Assembly: GCA_009914755.4 (NCBI GenBank)
Contig: CP068257.2
Coordinates: forward strand, 22,112,001 to 22,176,000
Direction of reading: 5' to 3'
From: the human T2T-CHM13v2.0 reference genome, Homo sapiens
Length of the DNA: 64,000 bases
The position numbers and the translations under genes are program-made. How positions within the stretch are numbered: position 1 is the first letter of the stretch; every line of letters starts with the position of its first letter. Shown here piece by piece: positions 40,534 through 54,520 of the stretch. Below the pieces are notes generated by a model that was not told the origin of the DNA, did no database searches, and saw only the letters and a list, made by a program, of their open reading frames with translations.

Positions 40534-42083
40534 ATTATGTTTTAGAAAGTGTTTATTATATTGTCCACGTCTCTATTGTGGGGCTGAGCATAGTGTTTCA
40601 TAAAGATCTCATAAAGATTTTTCCAATTATTTTGCACAACAAGAATTTAAACTTGAAAAATAAACTTATGAGATTCATTATATATGTCTTCATATCAGTA
40701 CCAAGTTGGAGAGTTGTAATTTTCATCTTACAACTTTCATGTTAAAACTATACTAAACAGTATGAAATCTAGAATCCAATGTTTATGCCTAAGAGTTTTT
40801 TCCATTTTATACTTTTCTTTTGCTTTCCATTATTATCCACTTAGACTGTATGCATTATCTCTATCCTGTGTGATACATTTCTGATTTCTATAAGGAAATG
40901 CCAAATATATTGGCAAATGTCATTATTTAAACAGTCTTTATGATAAATTCAACTCAACAACCTAATTTCTCATTTGTTAGTATGACCAAGATTACAAGTA
41001 ACAACCTTGCAGTTTGTCCAACCATGTGAATGCTTTTTAAAAATTATTGATTAGATGAGGCAATGTTTTATTGTTTTGATAAACAACATAGAAAAACTGT
41101 AAACCATAATAAACCATAAATTTGTTTATAAGTTCAATGAACAGCTAAGAGAATATATGTATAATGTAGATTACATATATTTTTGAAAATAGTATACCAA
41201 TTATAATCAATTTGATTTTCCTTAATAATAATGTAATATAATAGATATACTGAAATAAACATGCAGCTGACAAACATTTCAAGTTTAAGCTTTGTTAAAA
41301 ATGTCCTTAATGCCAATTTGTTTCAGTGGGAAGAGAAACATAGCAGTGTGTGAAGAGATTGTAAGAAATTACATTTTCTAAATGCTGATCTAGCAATAGT
41401 CACTGGCTTCCATCTGGAGCTGTCTGGTAACTAGAATAATCCAAAGGAGATTGACACTGACCATGTAATTTGACCAAATTGGGCAACAAAACAGTCTTGA
41501 TGGTGTGCAAAATTTTTATATTTTGCTTATTGTATTAATTTTATCCAATTAGATGAGCAATGTGTTTACTGCATTGTCAAAATCAACAATTAACAAGTAA
41601 TTATCCAGAATATTTTTTCAAATGAATGATTACATCCTCCAGGTTAGCAAATCACTTTAGTTAATTTGGTTATTTCCACTGTTCCACTGTATTTTACATT
41701 GCATTGACCAAGAGTGAATGTTTTTATGGCTAGGAGAACATTTAATTACATAACCATGGTCACAGCTACACCAGTGCCCAAAATTCTATTTTTAAAATAT
41801 GGCCTTTTCTTTGTTCAAAAAACAAAATGTGTCCTGCTTTATATCAACAAACCATTCAAACATAAAGTTGAGCTTTGGATGACAGGCCTAACTAGCCCAT
41901 AGGGAAAGGAAATGTATATTGTAATGCATGAGACACAAAATATTTTCTTTCTAGTTGAGTATTCGTTGTTGTAATCCTTTAGGGTGAACAGTGCTTCCCC
42001 TTACACTGACATTTGAAAAAAAAGTTTACTTTTTTTTTGCTGATGCAATAACACATTAATTCTGAACTAAATGCCCTAATTAG

Positions 42084-42443
<360 letters not shown>

Positions 42444-42990
42444 TATCTGGCTGGGTTTTAAAGCTAAAGCTTGTGTGCTTGGAGAGTACTAAACCCAAAA
42501 TCTTACCATAAAAATCTTTTGTTCTCATTCAGTAGGGCTATCTAGTAACATGGCGACCAGCATGGTCAGCCTGTGAAGAAATGAGAAATGATTCCTTAAC
42601 ACACTGGTTCTTCCTGGCGTATCCCACCAACTCAATAGTATTTTCATTCAGAGAAATCACTTTTGTTGGTTCTCTTTCCACTGCAATATGGCAACTGTGA
42701 AAGGTATTATCATTAGTTTTTTTGTAACTAAAACATTAAATTCCTACCCAGACGTGAGGAGTGGGTGAGGAAATTAATTCTCTGGAGGGAAAGAAACTGT
42801 TAATAAACTCATAGTGTGCCTCTTTCACTCCCAGAGATCAGTGGGGAGACATGATGTTCTTTCTGAAAACTTGACGAGTCCAAGAAAAAAGAAATATACA
42901 TTAATTTCAGAATTTCTGCAAGGCTTTGTAAAACCAAGTGTCGATATCCGAAATTCTGAGACCTGCTGAGACATTTTAAAAGGCCTGCAG

Positions 42991-43666
<676 letters not shown>

Positions 43667-46324
43667 AGGTCTGCATGTCTTGTATCTGTTAAGTGACTTT
43701 TGGCATTGTTGAGATACACAAGAAAAAGAAGTGAAACGAATATTATCTCTAGGTTCAGGAAATTTAGGATTTTGATATAAGATTTAATAAAAGAAAATTT
43801 TTCCTTAAAATGAAATTAGGCAACTTCTACTATGCTGACTCATAGTTGTAGTTTTTTCTTTTTGACCTGTGTGCGTGCATGCACAAGTACATGCATTGAG
43901 ACTGAAAATTAACACAAGGACACAAAGACCAAACGAATTTGGACATCCAGAGCCCAGATCATACAGCCTGCTGAAGTATGACATGGTTTCATTGTTGCCT
44001 GAAGTTTACCTCTAAAATTTACTAATGTGAAATATTTTTAGGTGTGGATGGCCTTGGTGGTAGGTAGGAAAGAATCATAAACTGAGAACAATTTCTGTGG
44101 TAGTGAACAAGGTTTCAAAAGAAGTTTGGAAATATGATTAGGGATGATTGATGAACAAAACTCTGAAATTAGGGAGAGAAGGGAAAACTACAAATCAAGA
44201 GAGTGACGCTAGAGACCCTCTGAGTAGCAGTTTATGATTTGTGTATGTGTGTTTTTTCCTTGCACTACTACAGTTTAACACTGGCTTTCAAATCGTAGCT
44301 ATTTCAAAATTCCCTCTAGTTAACCCTAAGCTTTCAGTATTTACATTTGCAAGATTTATGTTAATAGAATTCTGTGGAATTAACCAAGCAGGTTGTTAAC
44401 CAACAGTTTGAATTTCTTCGCATCACTCTTACCCTGAAACTAATGCCCATGGGAGAAACATCATGTCATGTGGACTTGAGTCCCAGAGTCACACAAAGAG
44501 GTAGATAAAAATGCAAAGAATGTCCAAGCAGATCTGAGAGCAAAAGGAAGAGGGACATGGCAGAAGCAGTCACAATATTGACAACTCTGTAGTATACCTG
44601 AGGCAAACTAGCCCATTAGGATGAAATACTTGTATAAGGAAAATATCACTTTGAAGACAAGACAGCTGTTTCTTTCTTGCCCACTGATTGTATATTTGGT
44701 GTTGAACTGTGTTTTATGATTTCCTCATGAGAAATTTTATCTCATGATTTAACCACAGTAGATGCCAGCTCAGTAGAGGAATAAGAAACATGCCTGTAGA
44801 AAGCTATAAACAATGCTGATTTTCTCCACGGCCTTTCCATTTCTATTATAATGCTCACCATGAGCCATTAACCAAAGATTAATACTTTCGATAGCACATA
44901 GTGGACAGAGACTGATCTGTTTTATGTGTGAAATTAAATTTCCTCCTCTTTTTAAACTCCTTTGCTTATTTTTGTTGCTATCAGATAATGCGTTAGCAAA
45001 ATGCTGCAATATTGAAACGTCAATATTCATTTATAAAATTCATTGAGATGCTTTAAATGAATCCAAGTAGCACAAAATAATTTGTATGAAAAAAGCTCCT
45101 TGCCTAATCAGACTCATAAATTCGAGTGAACATTTAATCATTTAGGTTTATTTGATTTACTAGCAGTTTATAAGATTCTTTGATGATACAAATGCAGAAT
45201 AAATAACAGTACAAAAATTAGGAATTTTTCAAATTAAACTCACTGAGTGAGTTTGTTGCACAAATAATGAACATGCAATTAATAGCAAACAATAAAGTAT
45301 TGGGCCATATTCTATTTCTAAAGGCAATTGAAAAACTAATGAATCATAAGTTGTAAACAAAAATAATAGACTTTTTTATCTTAAAAATTTGCATTATTTC
45401 ATTTTTGCCTCGTGGATACATGGAAAATGTCATTTATATTGTTTCTTAAATGATATACTCTAAATATATTACATTCAAATACAGCTTTAAGCATGCTATG
45501 AAATATTCATGTGATGATTTCACCTCCCCCATTTGTATCCATTAAATGAAATATAATACAACTGATGCTCAAGGGAAATAATTAAAAATCAATACTCTCA
45601 GGATTTCCTCTATAAATGAGCAGCGACAGACAATTTTATTTGATAGGTACTAGCAGCAGGGTAACAAAGCAGGATCATTATTTTGTCATTCAAGCACTGC
45701 AATACTGGGATAAATTTTGGAAACTGGCTATGTAGATGCTGTTAGAAACACCTACTGTTGTTTTCAAACAAAGACACTCAAAAAGAGCATTTTCAGTGCT
45801 GTATCCCCTCATTGAACTTTCCTCACATGTCTGAAAACCAGACAAGATGTCATAGCAGGAAGACGAGGTGAAAATAAATGGGAATTGTTTCATAATGAGA
45901 GGGAATGTAGTGTAATGAATAGCGGAGAGAATATTAGACCAAGAAAACCAGAAGTCTGGAAATTTTATCCCGGTTTTCCTGCTGAGTTTCTGTGAGGCCT
46001 TAGAAAAAAACAGATAAATCATAAGTTGTAAACAAAAATAATGGACTATTTTTTCTATCTAAAAATTTTACATTGTTTCATTTTTGCCATTCTGGGGCTC
46101 ACTTTTCTCATCTGTAAAATGAAATGGTGAAATTAATGATTAACAAGGTACCTTCAGCACTTCCCTTGATAACTGCTACTATAATATTAAACACTGCAAA
46201 AATCTCATGTTTATAACCAATGCAATTTTACTACAGAAAATTCGGAAATAATGAAAAGAATCTTGGAAGGTTTGAGATGTGAGGAATGAAATTAATAAGG
46301 AATGATGTGGAAGAAGAACTAAAC

Positions 46325-46680
46325 TTGTAGGGCAGGGGTCCCCAACCCCCCGCCACAGACCTGTACCAGTCCTTGGCCTGTTAGAAACCGAGGCACACAG
46401 CAGGAGGTGACTAGCATTGCAGCCTGAGCTCCTCTTCCTCTTAGATCAATGGCGGAACTAGATTCTCACAGGAGCACAAACCGTATTGTGACCTGTGCAT
46501 ATGAGGAATCCAAGTTGTGTGCTCCTTATTAGAATATAACTAATGCCTGATGATCTGAGGTGAAACAGTTTCATCCTGAAACCATGCCCCCCATTTTTCA
46601 TGGAAAAATTGTCTTCCATGAAACCGATTCCTATGCCAAAAAGGCTGAGGACCGATGTTGTAGGAAAATATAAAGGATTG
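46325..46680. mobile_element. Interspersed repeat with the 'ggggtccccaacc...ggcctgttagaaaccg(a/g)g(c)cacacagcaggaggtga...' consensus, probably a non-autonomous DNA-transposon/MER-type element; exact family not recalled
   Basis: Matches a frequent human repeat consensus ('gggtccccaaccccc...cctgttaggaaccgggccgcacagcaggaggtgagc...attagattctcataggagcgcgaaccctattgtgaactgcgcatgcgagggatctaggttgcgcgctccttatgagaatctaactaatgcctgatgatctgaggtggaacagtttcatcccgaaaccatccccc...'). Confidence 0.45.
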
Positions 46681-46688
46681 ATAGAAGG

Positions 46689-47060
46689 TATTAGTCCATT
46701 CTCACGCTGCTATGAAAAAATATCCAAGACTGGGTAATTTATAAAGGAAAGAGGTATAATTGATTCACAGTTCCCCAGGGCTGGGGAAGGCTCAGGAAAT
46801 GTATAGTCGTGGTGGAAGGTGAAGTAAACACTTCTCTCTTCACACAGTGGCAGGAAGGAGAAGTGCCGAGCAAGGCGGGGGAAGTCCCTTATAAAACCAT
46901 CAGATCTCAGGAGAATTCACTCACTATCAGGAGAACAGCATGGAGGTAACTGCCCCCATGATTCAATTACCTTTCACTGGGTTCTTGCCATGACTCGTGG
47001 GGATTATGGAAACTACGATTCAAGATGATATTTGGGTGGAGTCACAGCCAAACCATATTA
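46689..47060 (-). mobile_element. THE1-like MaLR solo LTR, minus orientation
   Basis: Reverse complement of THE1: 'tattagtccattctcacgctgctat...gggtaatttataaaggaaagaggtataattgattcacag...ccttataaaaccatcagatctc...ccatgattcaattacctttcactgggt...tttgggtggagtcacagccaaaccatat'. Confidence 0.85.
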
Positions 47061-48729
47061 TAAGGTAATAAGAATACCCTAATAATAGTAATAACAATAA
47101 TATCTTCACAATAATATCAATGGTTGACTTTTGAAGTGAAAACAGGTCAAAATATTGGAAAATAACCACATATCAGGGAGAGGATGACCAATAAAAATTC
47201 AAAAATAAAGAGTTATAAAGTTCTCTGTTTTAAAAAAAGATAGTATAGATTAACTTTAGAGTCTTCTAGGTTAAGTATGGATAGTAAACAGTGGATAACA
47301 ACTGGTCATCTATGTGAAAAAAATGAAAATGGATCCCTAGTTTCTATAATATACTATTGTTTATCTATAGGGAAAAAATAAAATTAGATCCTCAGTAAGT
47401 TCTTACATTAAAAATGGAAATTTAAAAGCAAAAATATTAATATTTTGTTGCTATATAACAAATTCTACAGTCTTTGATGCTTAAAATCACATTGATTTAT
47501 GATCTTACAGTTCTGTAGATCAGAACCCCAGGTGATCTCAGATGGTTTCTCTGCTTAGATTCTCACAAAGTCCAGATCAAGGTGCTGGCCAGGTTGGTCT
47601 CCAGTCTGGAGGCTCAGGAGAATAACCTGCTTCCAGCCTCATTTAGTTTGTCGGCTGAATTCAGTTCCTTGTGGTTGTAGAACTAAGGTTCCTAAATCCT
47701 CACAGGCTGTCAGTCAGGCACCAGTCTCAACTTCTCAATACCACCTACATTTCTCTTCATATGGACCCCCCATGGTCAAGCAACCAAAATCCATCACACC
47801 TTTCTAGTCCTTTGAAACTCTCTGGCTTCTTATTCTGCTGCTGCTCTTGCTGCTGCCACTACCTGGAGAAAACTCAGCTTTTAAAGACTTGCTTGATTGA
47901 GTAAAGGCCACCCAGCAGAATTTCCAAATATAAAGGTCAATTAAGTTGGGTCTTAAATGATATAGTCAAAATTCCCTCATGGCAATACCTAGTTTAAGGT
48001 TTGACTGAAAAAAAAAAGTGGGGAAGGGGCAGCAATGCTGGGAAATAAGCATCTTTAGAATTATGACTGCCACACAAACCTTTTAACATTTTTAGGAAAA
48101 AAACACAAGAAGATATGCATGTAACCTAAAGGTGATAAAGACTTTTTTAAAAACAAAAGCAAGCAAACAAACACAACTAAAAATCAACAAATAAATTAAT
48201 AGATGACATTAAAATACAAAGTTTTTTAAATCTAAAATTTTCTTAACATGGAGAAGTCATTTTCAATATTTAAAACTGACAAAGGAATCATAGTTAAAAT
48301 ATAGGAAGAAGTCTACTAATTAAGTGGAATAAGTACAATAACCCCACACAGAAATGACCAGAAGAGACCATTAGACATGTTACCAAAAAAGAGATCTGAA
48401 AAGATTATTAACAAGTCAAAGTATAATCAAATTATTTAGTCACCAGGAAGGACACACTCAGTTCAATAACATTTAATATTACACCTATTAGATTGTCAAA
48501 CTTAAAGAAAATTTAACGGCACTCATTTTTGGTCATAATTTAGAGAAAACCTTTCATGTCTTAATGATGGAAATCTAAATTAATATAACCAGTTTGTAAA
48601 GCGAATTGCAATTATTTTATAAAACTGAGCATAAACATATCCTGTGGCCAAGCAATTCCACACTTTTATGTACTATAGAAAAATTGCTGCCTAAGTGAAG
48701 GAGACATGTAAAATAGCAGATTTGGATCA

Positions 48730-49076
<347 letters not shown>

Positions 49077-49116
49077 AATGTGGAAACAACCCAAATTTGT
49101 ACCTAAAGCAGAATGA

Positions 49117-49476
<360 letters not shown>

Positions 49477-50995
49477 AACGTGTAATATATTTATACAATG
49501 TGATATTATACAGGCACAATTCTAAAACTTTTGGTTTCAGGACAAACTTACACTCTAACAATGTATTAAGGAGTCCAAAATTCTTTTGTTTTGTGGCTCA
49601 CGTGCATTGACATTTACTGTATTATTAAAACAGTGAGATTATTTTAATACCTATTCATTATATAAAAATAAGAAACTCATGATATGTTAATATCAATAGC
49701 TTATGTTTAAAATATATTTTACAAAAAATTGCTAAGTGGAGTTTTATGTATTTGCATATCTCTTTTATGTCTGTTTTAATAGAAAATAGCTGCTTTGCTT
49801 TCAAACTGTTTTTGACATATTGCTCTGGTTAAAGTGTGTGGTGAAGAAAATCTTGTCTCAACACAAATACGTTGTTAAAAATGGGAAGAGTATTTTAATA
49901 GATTTTATGTATAATTATTTATATCCTTCCTTGATACTATGTCAATGTCTATGTCAAAATTCTACTAGTGGTAGTTTCTTAAAAATAGTTGAATGGTTTT
50001 GTAATATCATGCATTGATCATTCAAAAAATTATTTTGCAGAATTTTTCAAATTTCCAAATTTTGACATATTTCATTTTACAATATAAAAAATTCACATTT
50101 GTAATATCTCATCAAAAATGTATCCAAGTATTGAGGTACTGTTGAGCTCAGAGTAGTGGATACATGTTGAGCTCAGAGCAGTGGATACATATTTTCCAAA
50201 ATTATACATTTATTCTGGAAAGTTGCAACAGTCTCCAATCTGCTTTCCTTCCACTTTCACTCTGCTCTTCTGTTATACAGGGAAGTCAGAAAAATACGAT
50301 TATATATATTAAGTCATGTCACTCTCCTGATCTAAGCCTACTGAAGGCTTTCCATCTCTCTCGAGATGAAACATAATGTCTTAACTGGATTCCGTCTGCA
50401 CCCTCATCTGTAACCTATCTTACCCTTCTGTTCCTGTCACTCATTCTGTTTAAGAACAACCAAGTCCCACCCCTACCTTTAGGCCCAGGCATTTACTGTT
50501 CCTTCTGCCAAGAATGTTCCCCCAGGTTATCTCCTTCCCTTCATTCACGTCTCAGCTTAAATGTCTCTTCAATGGAGAAGTCCCGATGACCTAATGGAGA
50601 ATACCAAGGTAAACTATTTTCTGTTCTGTCACTTTGCTTTCAGTTTTTATAGCATGCCTATTTTGTAAATATTTTGGCATGATTACATGTACACATGTAT
50701 TTTATACATTTAACTTTTCAAACAATATTACATGCATATGTGTATTAATTTTAAATTTATGATCTATGTCCCTCACTTAGTTTATTGGAATCAAGTTTGT
50801 TTCTGGTTACTTCATCTCAAATACCTCGAACAGTGCTTGCTCATTTTAAGCACTCATTTTAAGCACTCAATGTATTTTTGTGAATGAATGTGTAAATGCA
50901 AGAATGAGTGAAGAATTTCATAAGTGATATGTTTCTTTCAATCAACTTCTTTATTTTTTTCTAATTTTTTTACTTTCTCACTCCATTGCTGATTT

Positions 50996-51035
50996 TGTAT
51001 GTGTGTGTGTATGTGTGTGTGTGTGTGTGTGTGTA
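50996..51035. repeat. (TG)n dinucleotide microsatellite, ~19 units with one interruption
   Basis: Directly visible. Confidence 0.95.
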
Positions 51036-51654
51036 CAAATCCCCTCTCCCATTCACTTCTGCTTCCTGTGATTTCTACTGTTCACATTTTTTATTTTCCT
51101 GTGGGTCCTAATGAAAGCCTTCTCTCTTTGTGCCTTTCAGGTTTTATACCACTCATCAGCTCTGTACTTCTTGTCTTCTCCATTTGGTTCAGGAAGCTGA
51201 GACTAAGTCATAAGCCAGGCTGTGATCTATGTGGTAACCTGAAGCTCTGAAAACTTATAATGAAATCCTGCTCTTCAGCTGTATTTCTAAGAGTGAAAGT
51301 TATGGGGAAAAAAAGAAATTCAATGAAAAATAATGGGACAATTGCTAAATTATGAATCACAATGTAATAACCAATCATGATGCAAAATTATTACTCACAG
51401 TCTGGCCTTTAGTGCTGACTGGCAATTCCACTATATCTCATAGTCCATGTCTTCTAGGTGACAATCTGGTACTTCTTGCTCTACCTGCAAACCTCTAAAA
51501 TCACCCTCTTAATCTCAATTGACACCCTCTTCTGATCAACTATAGCTGCATAGCAAACCACCAGAGAGTATGAGATGGAGCTTAAAACAAATTACACTCT
51601 CTAGTAACAAATTATTTACAGTATTCCCATAAGAAAAAAAATGGATTATTGTAT

Positions 51655-51772
51655 CAGATGTGGTGGCTTATGTCTATAATCCCAGCACTTTGGGAGGAAG
51701 AGGCGAGAGGATCACTTGAGACCAGGAGTTTCAGACCAGCCTGGGCAGTGTAACCAGATCCCATCTCTACCA
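51655..51772 (+). mobile_element. Alu left monomer only (FLAM-like or right arm lost), +, leading straight into a GAAA/GGAA array
   Basis: 'cagatgtggtggcttatgtctataatcccagcactttgggaggaagaggcgagaggatcacttgagaccaggagtttcagaccagcctgggcagtgtaaccagatcccatctctacca'. Confidence 0.8.
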
Positions 51773-51774
51773 TA

Positions 51775-51868
51775 AAAGAAAGAAAGACAAAGAGAGAGGA
51801 GGAAGGAAGGAAGGAGAGAAAGAAAGAGAGAGAGGGAGAGAGAGAAAGATGAAAGAAAGAAAGAAAAA

Positions 51869-51912
<44 letters not shown>

Positions 51913-52110
51913 AAAAGAGAGAGAAAGGAAGGAAGGAAGGAAGGAAGAAAACGAAGGAAGGAGGGAGGGAGAGAGGGAGGAAAAAAGAAAAAAGGAAGGA
52001 AGGAAGGAAAAGAAAGAAGGAAGGGAGGGAGGGAGGGTGGGTAAGGAAGGAAGAAAGAAAGAGAAAGAAAGAAAGAAGGAAAAGAAAGAAAGAAAGAAAA
52101 AGAAAAGAAA
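51775..52110. repeat. Long (~336 bp) compound (GAAA)n/(GGAA)n/(GGGA)n purine microsatellite
   Basis: Directly visible: 'aaagaaagaaagacaaagagagaggaggaaggaaggaaggagagaaagaaagagagagagggagag...(gaaa)n...(ggaa)n...(ggga)n...'. Confidence 0.97.
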
Positions 52111-52859
52111 GATTGATTCATTCTACCTTTCCAAGGCATGTATAAAGCCTCTGCTCAGTGTGCACTTGCTTGATGCCCAGGATCTCATTGAGAGGTGGCA
52201 GCGTGCTGGCAGTCCTCCCAGCCCTCGCTCGCTCTTGGTGCCTCCTCTGCCTGGGCTCCCACTTTGGCGGCACTTGAGGAGGCCTTTGGCCCACCGCTGC
52301 ACTGTGGGAGCCCCTTTCTGGCCTGGCCAAGGCCAGAGCCGGCCCCCTCAGCTTGCAGGGAGGTGTGGAGGGAGAGGCGTGAGCGGGAACCCGGGCTGCG
52401 CGGGGCGCTTGCGGGCCAGCTGGAGTTCCGGGTGGGCGTGGGCTTGGCGGGCCCCGCACGTGGAGCAGCCGGCCGGCCCTGCCGGCCCCGGGGAATGAGG
52501 GACTTAGCACCCGGGCCAGCAGCTGCGGAGGGTGTACTGGGTCCCCAGCAGTGCCAGCCCACCGGCGCTGCGCTCGATTTCTCACCGGGCCTTAGCTGCC
52601 TTCCCGCGGGTCAGGGCTTGGGACCTGCAGCCCGCCATGCCTGAGCCTTCCCCCGCCTCCGTGGGCTCCTGTGCGGCCCAAACCTCCTCGACGAGCGCCA
52701 CACCCTACTCCACAGCGCCCAGTCCCATCGACCACCCAAGGGCTGAGGAGTGCGGGTGCAAGGCGCGGGACTGGCAGGCAGCTCCACCTGCAGCCCCAGT
52801 GTGGGATCCACTGGGTGAAGCCAGCTGGGCTCCTGAGTCTGGTGGGGACGTGGAGAACC

Positions 52860-53110
52860 TTTATGTCTACCTCAGGGATTGTAAATACACCAGTTGGCAC
52901 TCCGTATCTAGCTCAAAGTTTGTAAACACACCAATCAGCACCCTGTGTCTAGCTCAGGGTTTGTGAATGCACCAATCCACACTCTGTATCTAGCTACTCT
53001 GGTGGGGCCTTGGAGAACCTTTGTGTCCACACTCTGTATCTAACTAATCTGGGGGGGATATGGAGAATCTTTGTGTCTAGCTCAGGGATTATAAGCGCAC
53101 CAATCAGCAC
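52860..53110 (+). promoter_or_regulatory. LTR12C U3 enhancer repeats; 6-7 CCAAT (NF-Y) boxes in '...acaccaatcagcaccctgt...' units
   Basis: CCAAT occurs in each ~40-bp unit. Established HERV-9 LTR enhancer architecture (NF-Y/MZF1/GATA sites). Confidence 0.6.
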
Positions 53111-53165
53111 CCTGTCAAAACAGACCACTCAGCTCTTCCAATCAGCAGGACGTGGGTGGGGCCAG

Positions 53166-53180
53166 ATAAGAGAATAAAAG
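53166..53180 (+). promoter_or_regulatory. LTR12C TATA-like box region 'ataagagaataaaag'
   Basis: Position and sequence match the HERV-9 LTR promoter TATA-like element just upstream of the R region. Confidence 0.5.
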
Positions 53181-53258
53181 CAGGCTGCCCGAGCCAGCAG
53201 TGGCAACCGGCTGGGGTCCCCTTCCACACTGTGGAAGCTTTGTTCTTTCGCTCTTTGC

Positions 53259-53264
53259 AATAAA
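53259..53264 (+). terminator. LTR12C polyadenylation signal AATAAA ('ctttgcaataaatcttgc')
   Basis: Canonical hexamer at the expected R/U5 position of the LTR. Confidence 0.55.
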
Positions 53265-54015
53265 TCTTGCTACTGTTCACTCTTTGGGTCCACACTGCTT
53301 TTATGAGCTGTAACACTGACCGCGAAGATCTGCAGCTTCACTCCTGAGCCCAACGAGAGACCACCAGCCCACCGGGAGGAACGAACGACTCCAGAAGCGC
53401 CACCTTAAGAGCCGTAACACTCACCGCGAAGGTCTGCAGCTTCACTCCTGAGCCAGCGAGACCACGAACCCACCAGAAGGAAGAAATTCCGAACACATCC
53501 GAACATCAGAAGGAACAAACTCCAGACGCGCCACCTTAAGAGCTGTAGCACTCACCGCGAGGGTCCGCGGCTTCATTCTTGAAGTCAGTGAGACCAATAA
53601 CCCACCAATTCCGGACACATCATCATCTAACTAAATTCAAGTGAGAATGAGGCTCTTTGATTATGGTTCTGGCAATGCAGACACCCTCCTCCAAATTCTG
53701 TGTCTTACAGTCTGGAGCACTACGAACTACAAAGAAAAGGTATCTGTCATGTCATACTCCCAACTTTCAATAACATGACAGGCATAGAGTAACCATGATA
53801 AAAACAAAACTTCCATTCAAATAGGAGAGCCGAGAGGGATGGAAGGCACATAGAATTCACAGGTTCATAGCAACTTTGAAATCCAGCCAGTCACGTTGAC
53901 AGTTCCTTGATTGGGACCCAAGTATGTTCCTTAGGAATGATTCGCTGCGAGGTAGGTCCCTCTGCCTGAGTCATTCTCGCATTTGTATGAGAAATCATCT
54001 GTGATTGCATCACTT

Positions 54016-54016
<1 letters not shown>

Positions 54017-54050
<34 letters not shown>

Positions 54051-54330
54051 AGACGGAGTCTCACTCTATCGCCCAGGCTGGAGTGCAGTGGCGCCATCTC
54101 GGCTCACTGCAAGCTCCGCCTCCCGGGTTCATGCCATTGTCCTGCCTCAGGCCCCCCGAGTAGCTGGGACTACAGGCGCCAGCCAGGACGCCTGGCTAAT
54201 TTTTGTATTTTTAGTAGAGACGGGGTTTCGCCTTGTTAGCCAGGATGGTCTCAATCTCCTGACCTCGTGATCTGCCCATCTTGGCCTCCCAAAGTGCTGG
54301 GTTTACAGGCATGAGCCACCACGCCTGGCC
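54017..54330 (-). mobile_element. AluY-like SINE (-) with a 33-nt poly-T
   Basis: '(t)33 gagacggagtctcactctatcgcccaggctggagtgcagtggcgccatctcggctcactgcaagctccgcctcccgggttcatgccattgtcctgcc...ggcatgagccaccacgcctggcc'. Confidence 0.93.
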
Positions 54331-54435
54331 GAGCATTGATTTTATATTTGAACTCAACTAGTATTTGTACATTTACCTTTTCTCTCAGTTCTTCTGAAAA
54401 ATAGACCAGTTCTGTCCTTAGAACGTTCTTCTCAT

Positions 54436-54520
54436 AATTTATTGTATATAGTTTATTCACAGAAATAAACTTTTCAAAATTTATTATATGTAGTTTATTC
54501 ATAGAAATAATTTCAAACTC
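54436..54520. repeat. Imperfect local tandem duplication, ~2 x 40 bp of 'atttattgtatatagtttattcacagaaataa...'
   Basis: 'aatttattgtatatagtttattcacagaaataaacttttcaaaatttattatatgtagtttattcatagaaataat'. Confidence 0.7.

Larger units (their letters stand above)
52111..53619 (+). mobile_element. HERV-9 solo LTR, LTR12C-type, ~1.5 kb. It has a GC/CpG-rich U3 5' region, tandem ~40-bp CCAAT/GATA-containing enhancer units, a TATA-like box, a poly(A) signal and U5 ~70-bp tandem repeats
   Basis: Hallmark LTR12C strings: 'ggcagcgtgctggcagtcctcccagccctcgctcgctcttggtgcctcctctgcctgggctcccactttggcggcacttgaggag', 'ctagctcagggattgtaaatacaccaatcagcaccctgtgtctagctcagggtttgtgaatgcaccaatc', 'ggccagataagagaataaaagcaggctgcccgagccagcagtggcaac', 'ctttgcaataaatcttgctactgttcactctttgggtccacactgc', repeated 'gagctgtaacactcaccgcgaaggtctgcagcttcactcctgagcc', end '...ccaccaattccggacaca'. 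Exact 5' boundary uncertain (52111-52145). Confidence 0.85.

Noticed and set aside
51654-52139. 161-aa minus-strand ORF and 98-aa plus ORF rich in K/E/R or S/F/L
   Set aside because: Same artefact over the second GAAA/GGAA array plus the Alu left monomer.
52037-52966. Cluster of overlapping 100-155-aa ORFs on both strands (Pro/Ala/Gly/Arg-rich)
   Set aside because: Lies entirely in the GC-rich U3 region of the LTR12C solo LTR. High GC removes stop codons in all frames. Composition is typical of GC-rich non-coding translation, and the ORFs overlap each other on both strands.
52860-53110. Regularly spaced ~40-bp direct repeats that could superficially resemble a CRISPR array
   Set aside because: These are the well-known CCAAT-containing enhancer repeats of the HERV-9 LTR12 U3 region in a eukaryotic genome. 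The units are imperfect and contiguous, with no spacers. The surrounding sequence is unmistakably LTR12C.
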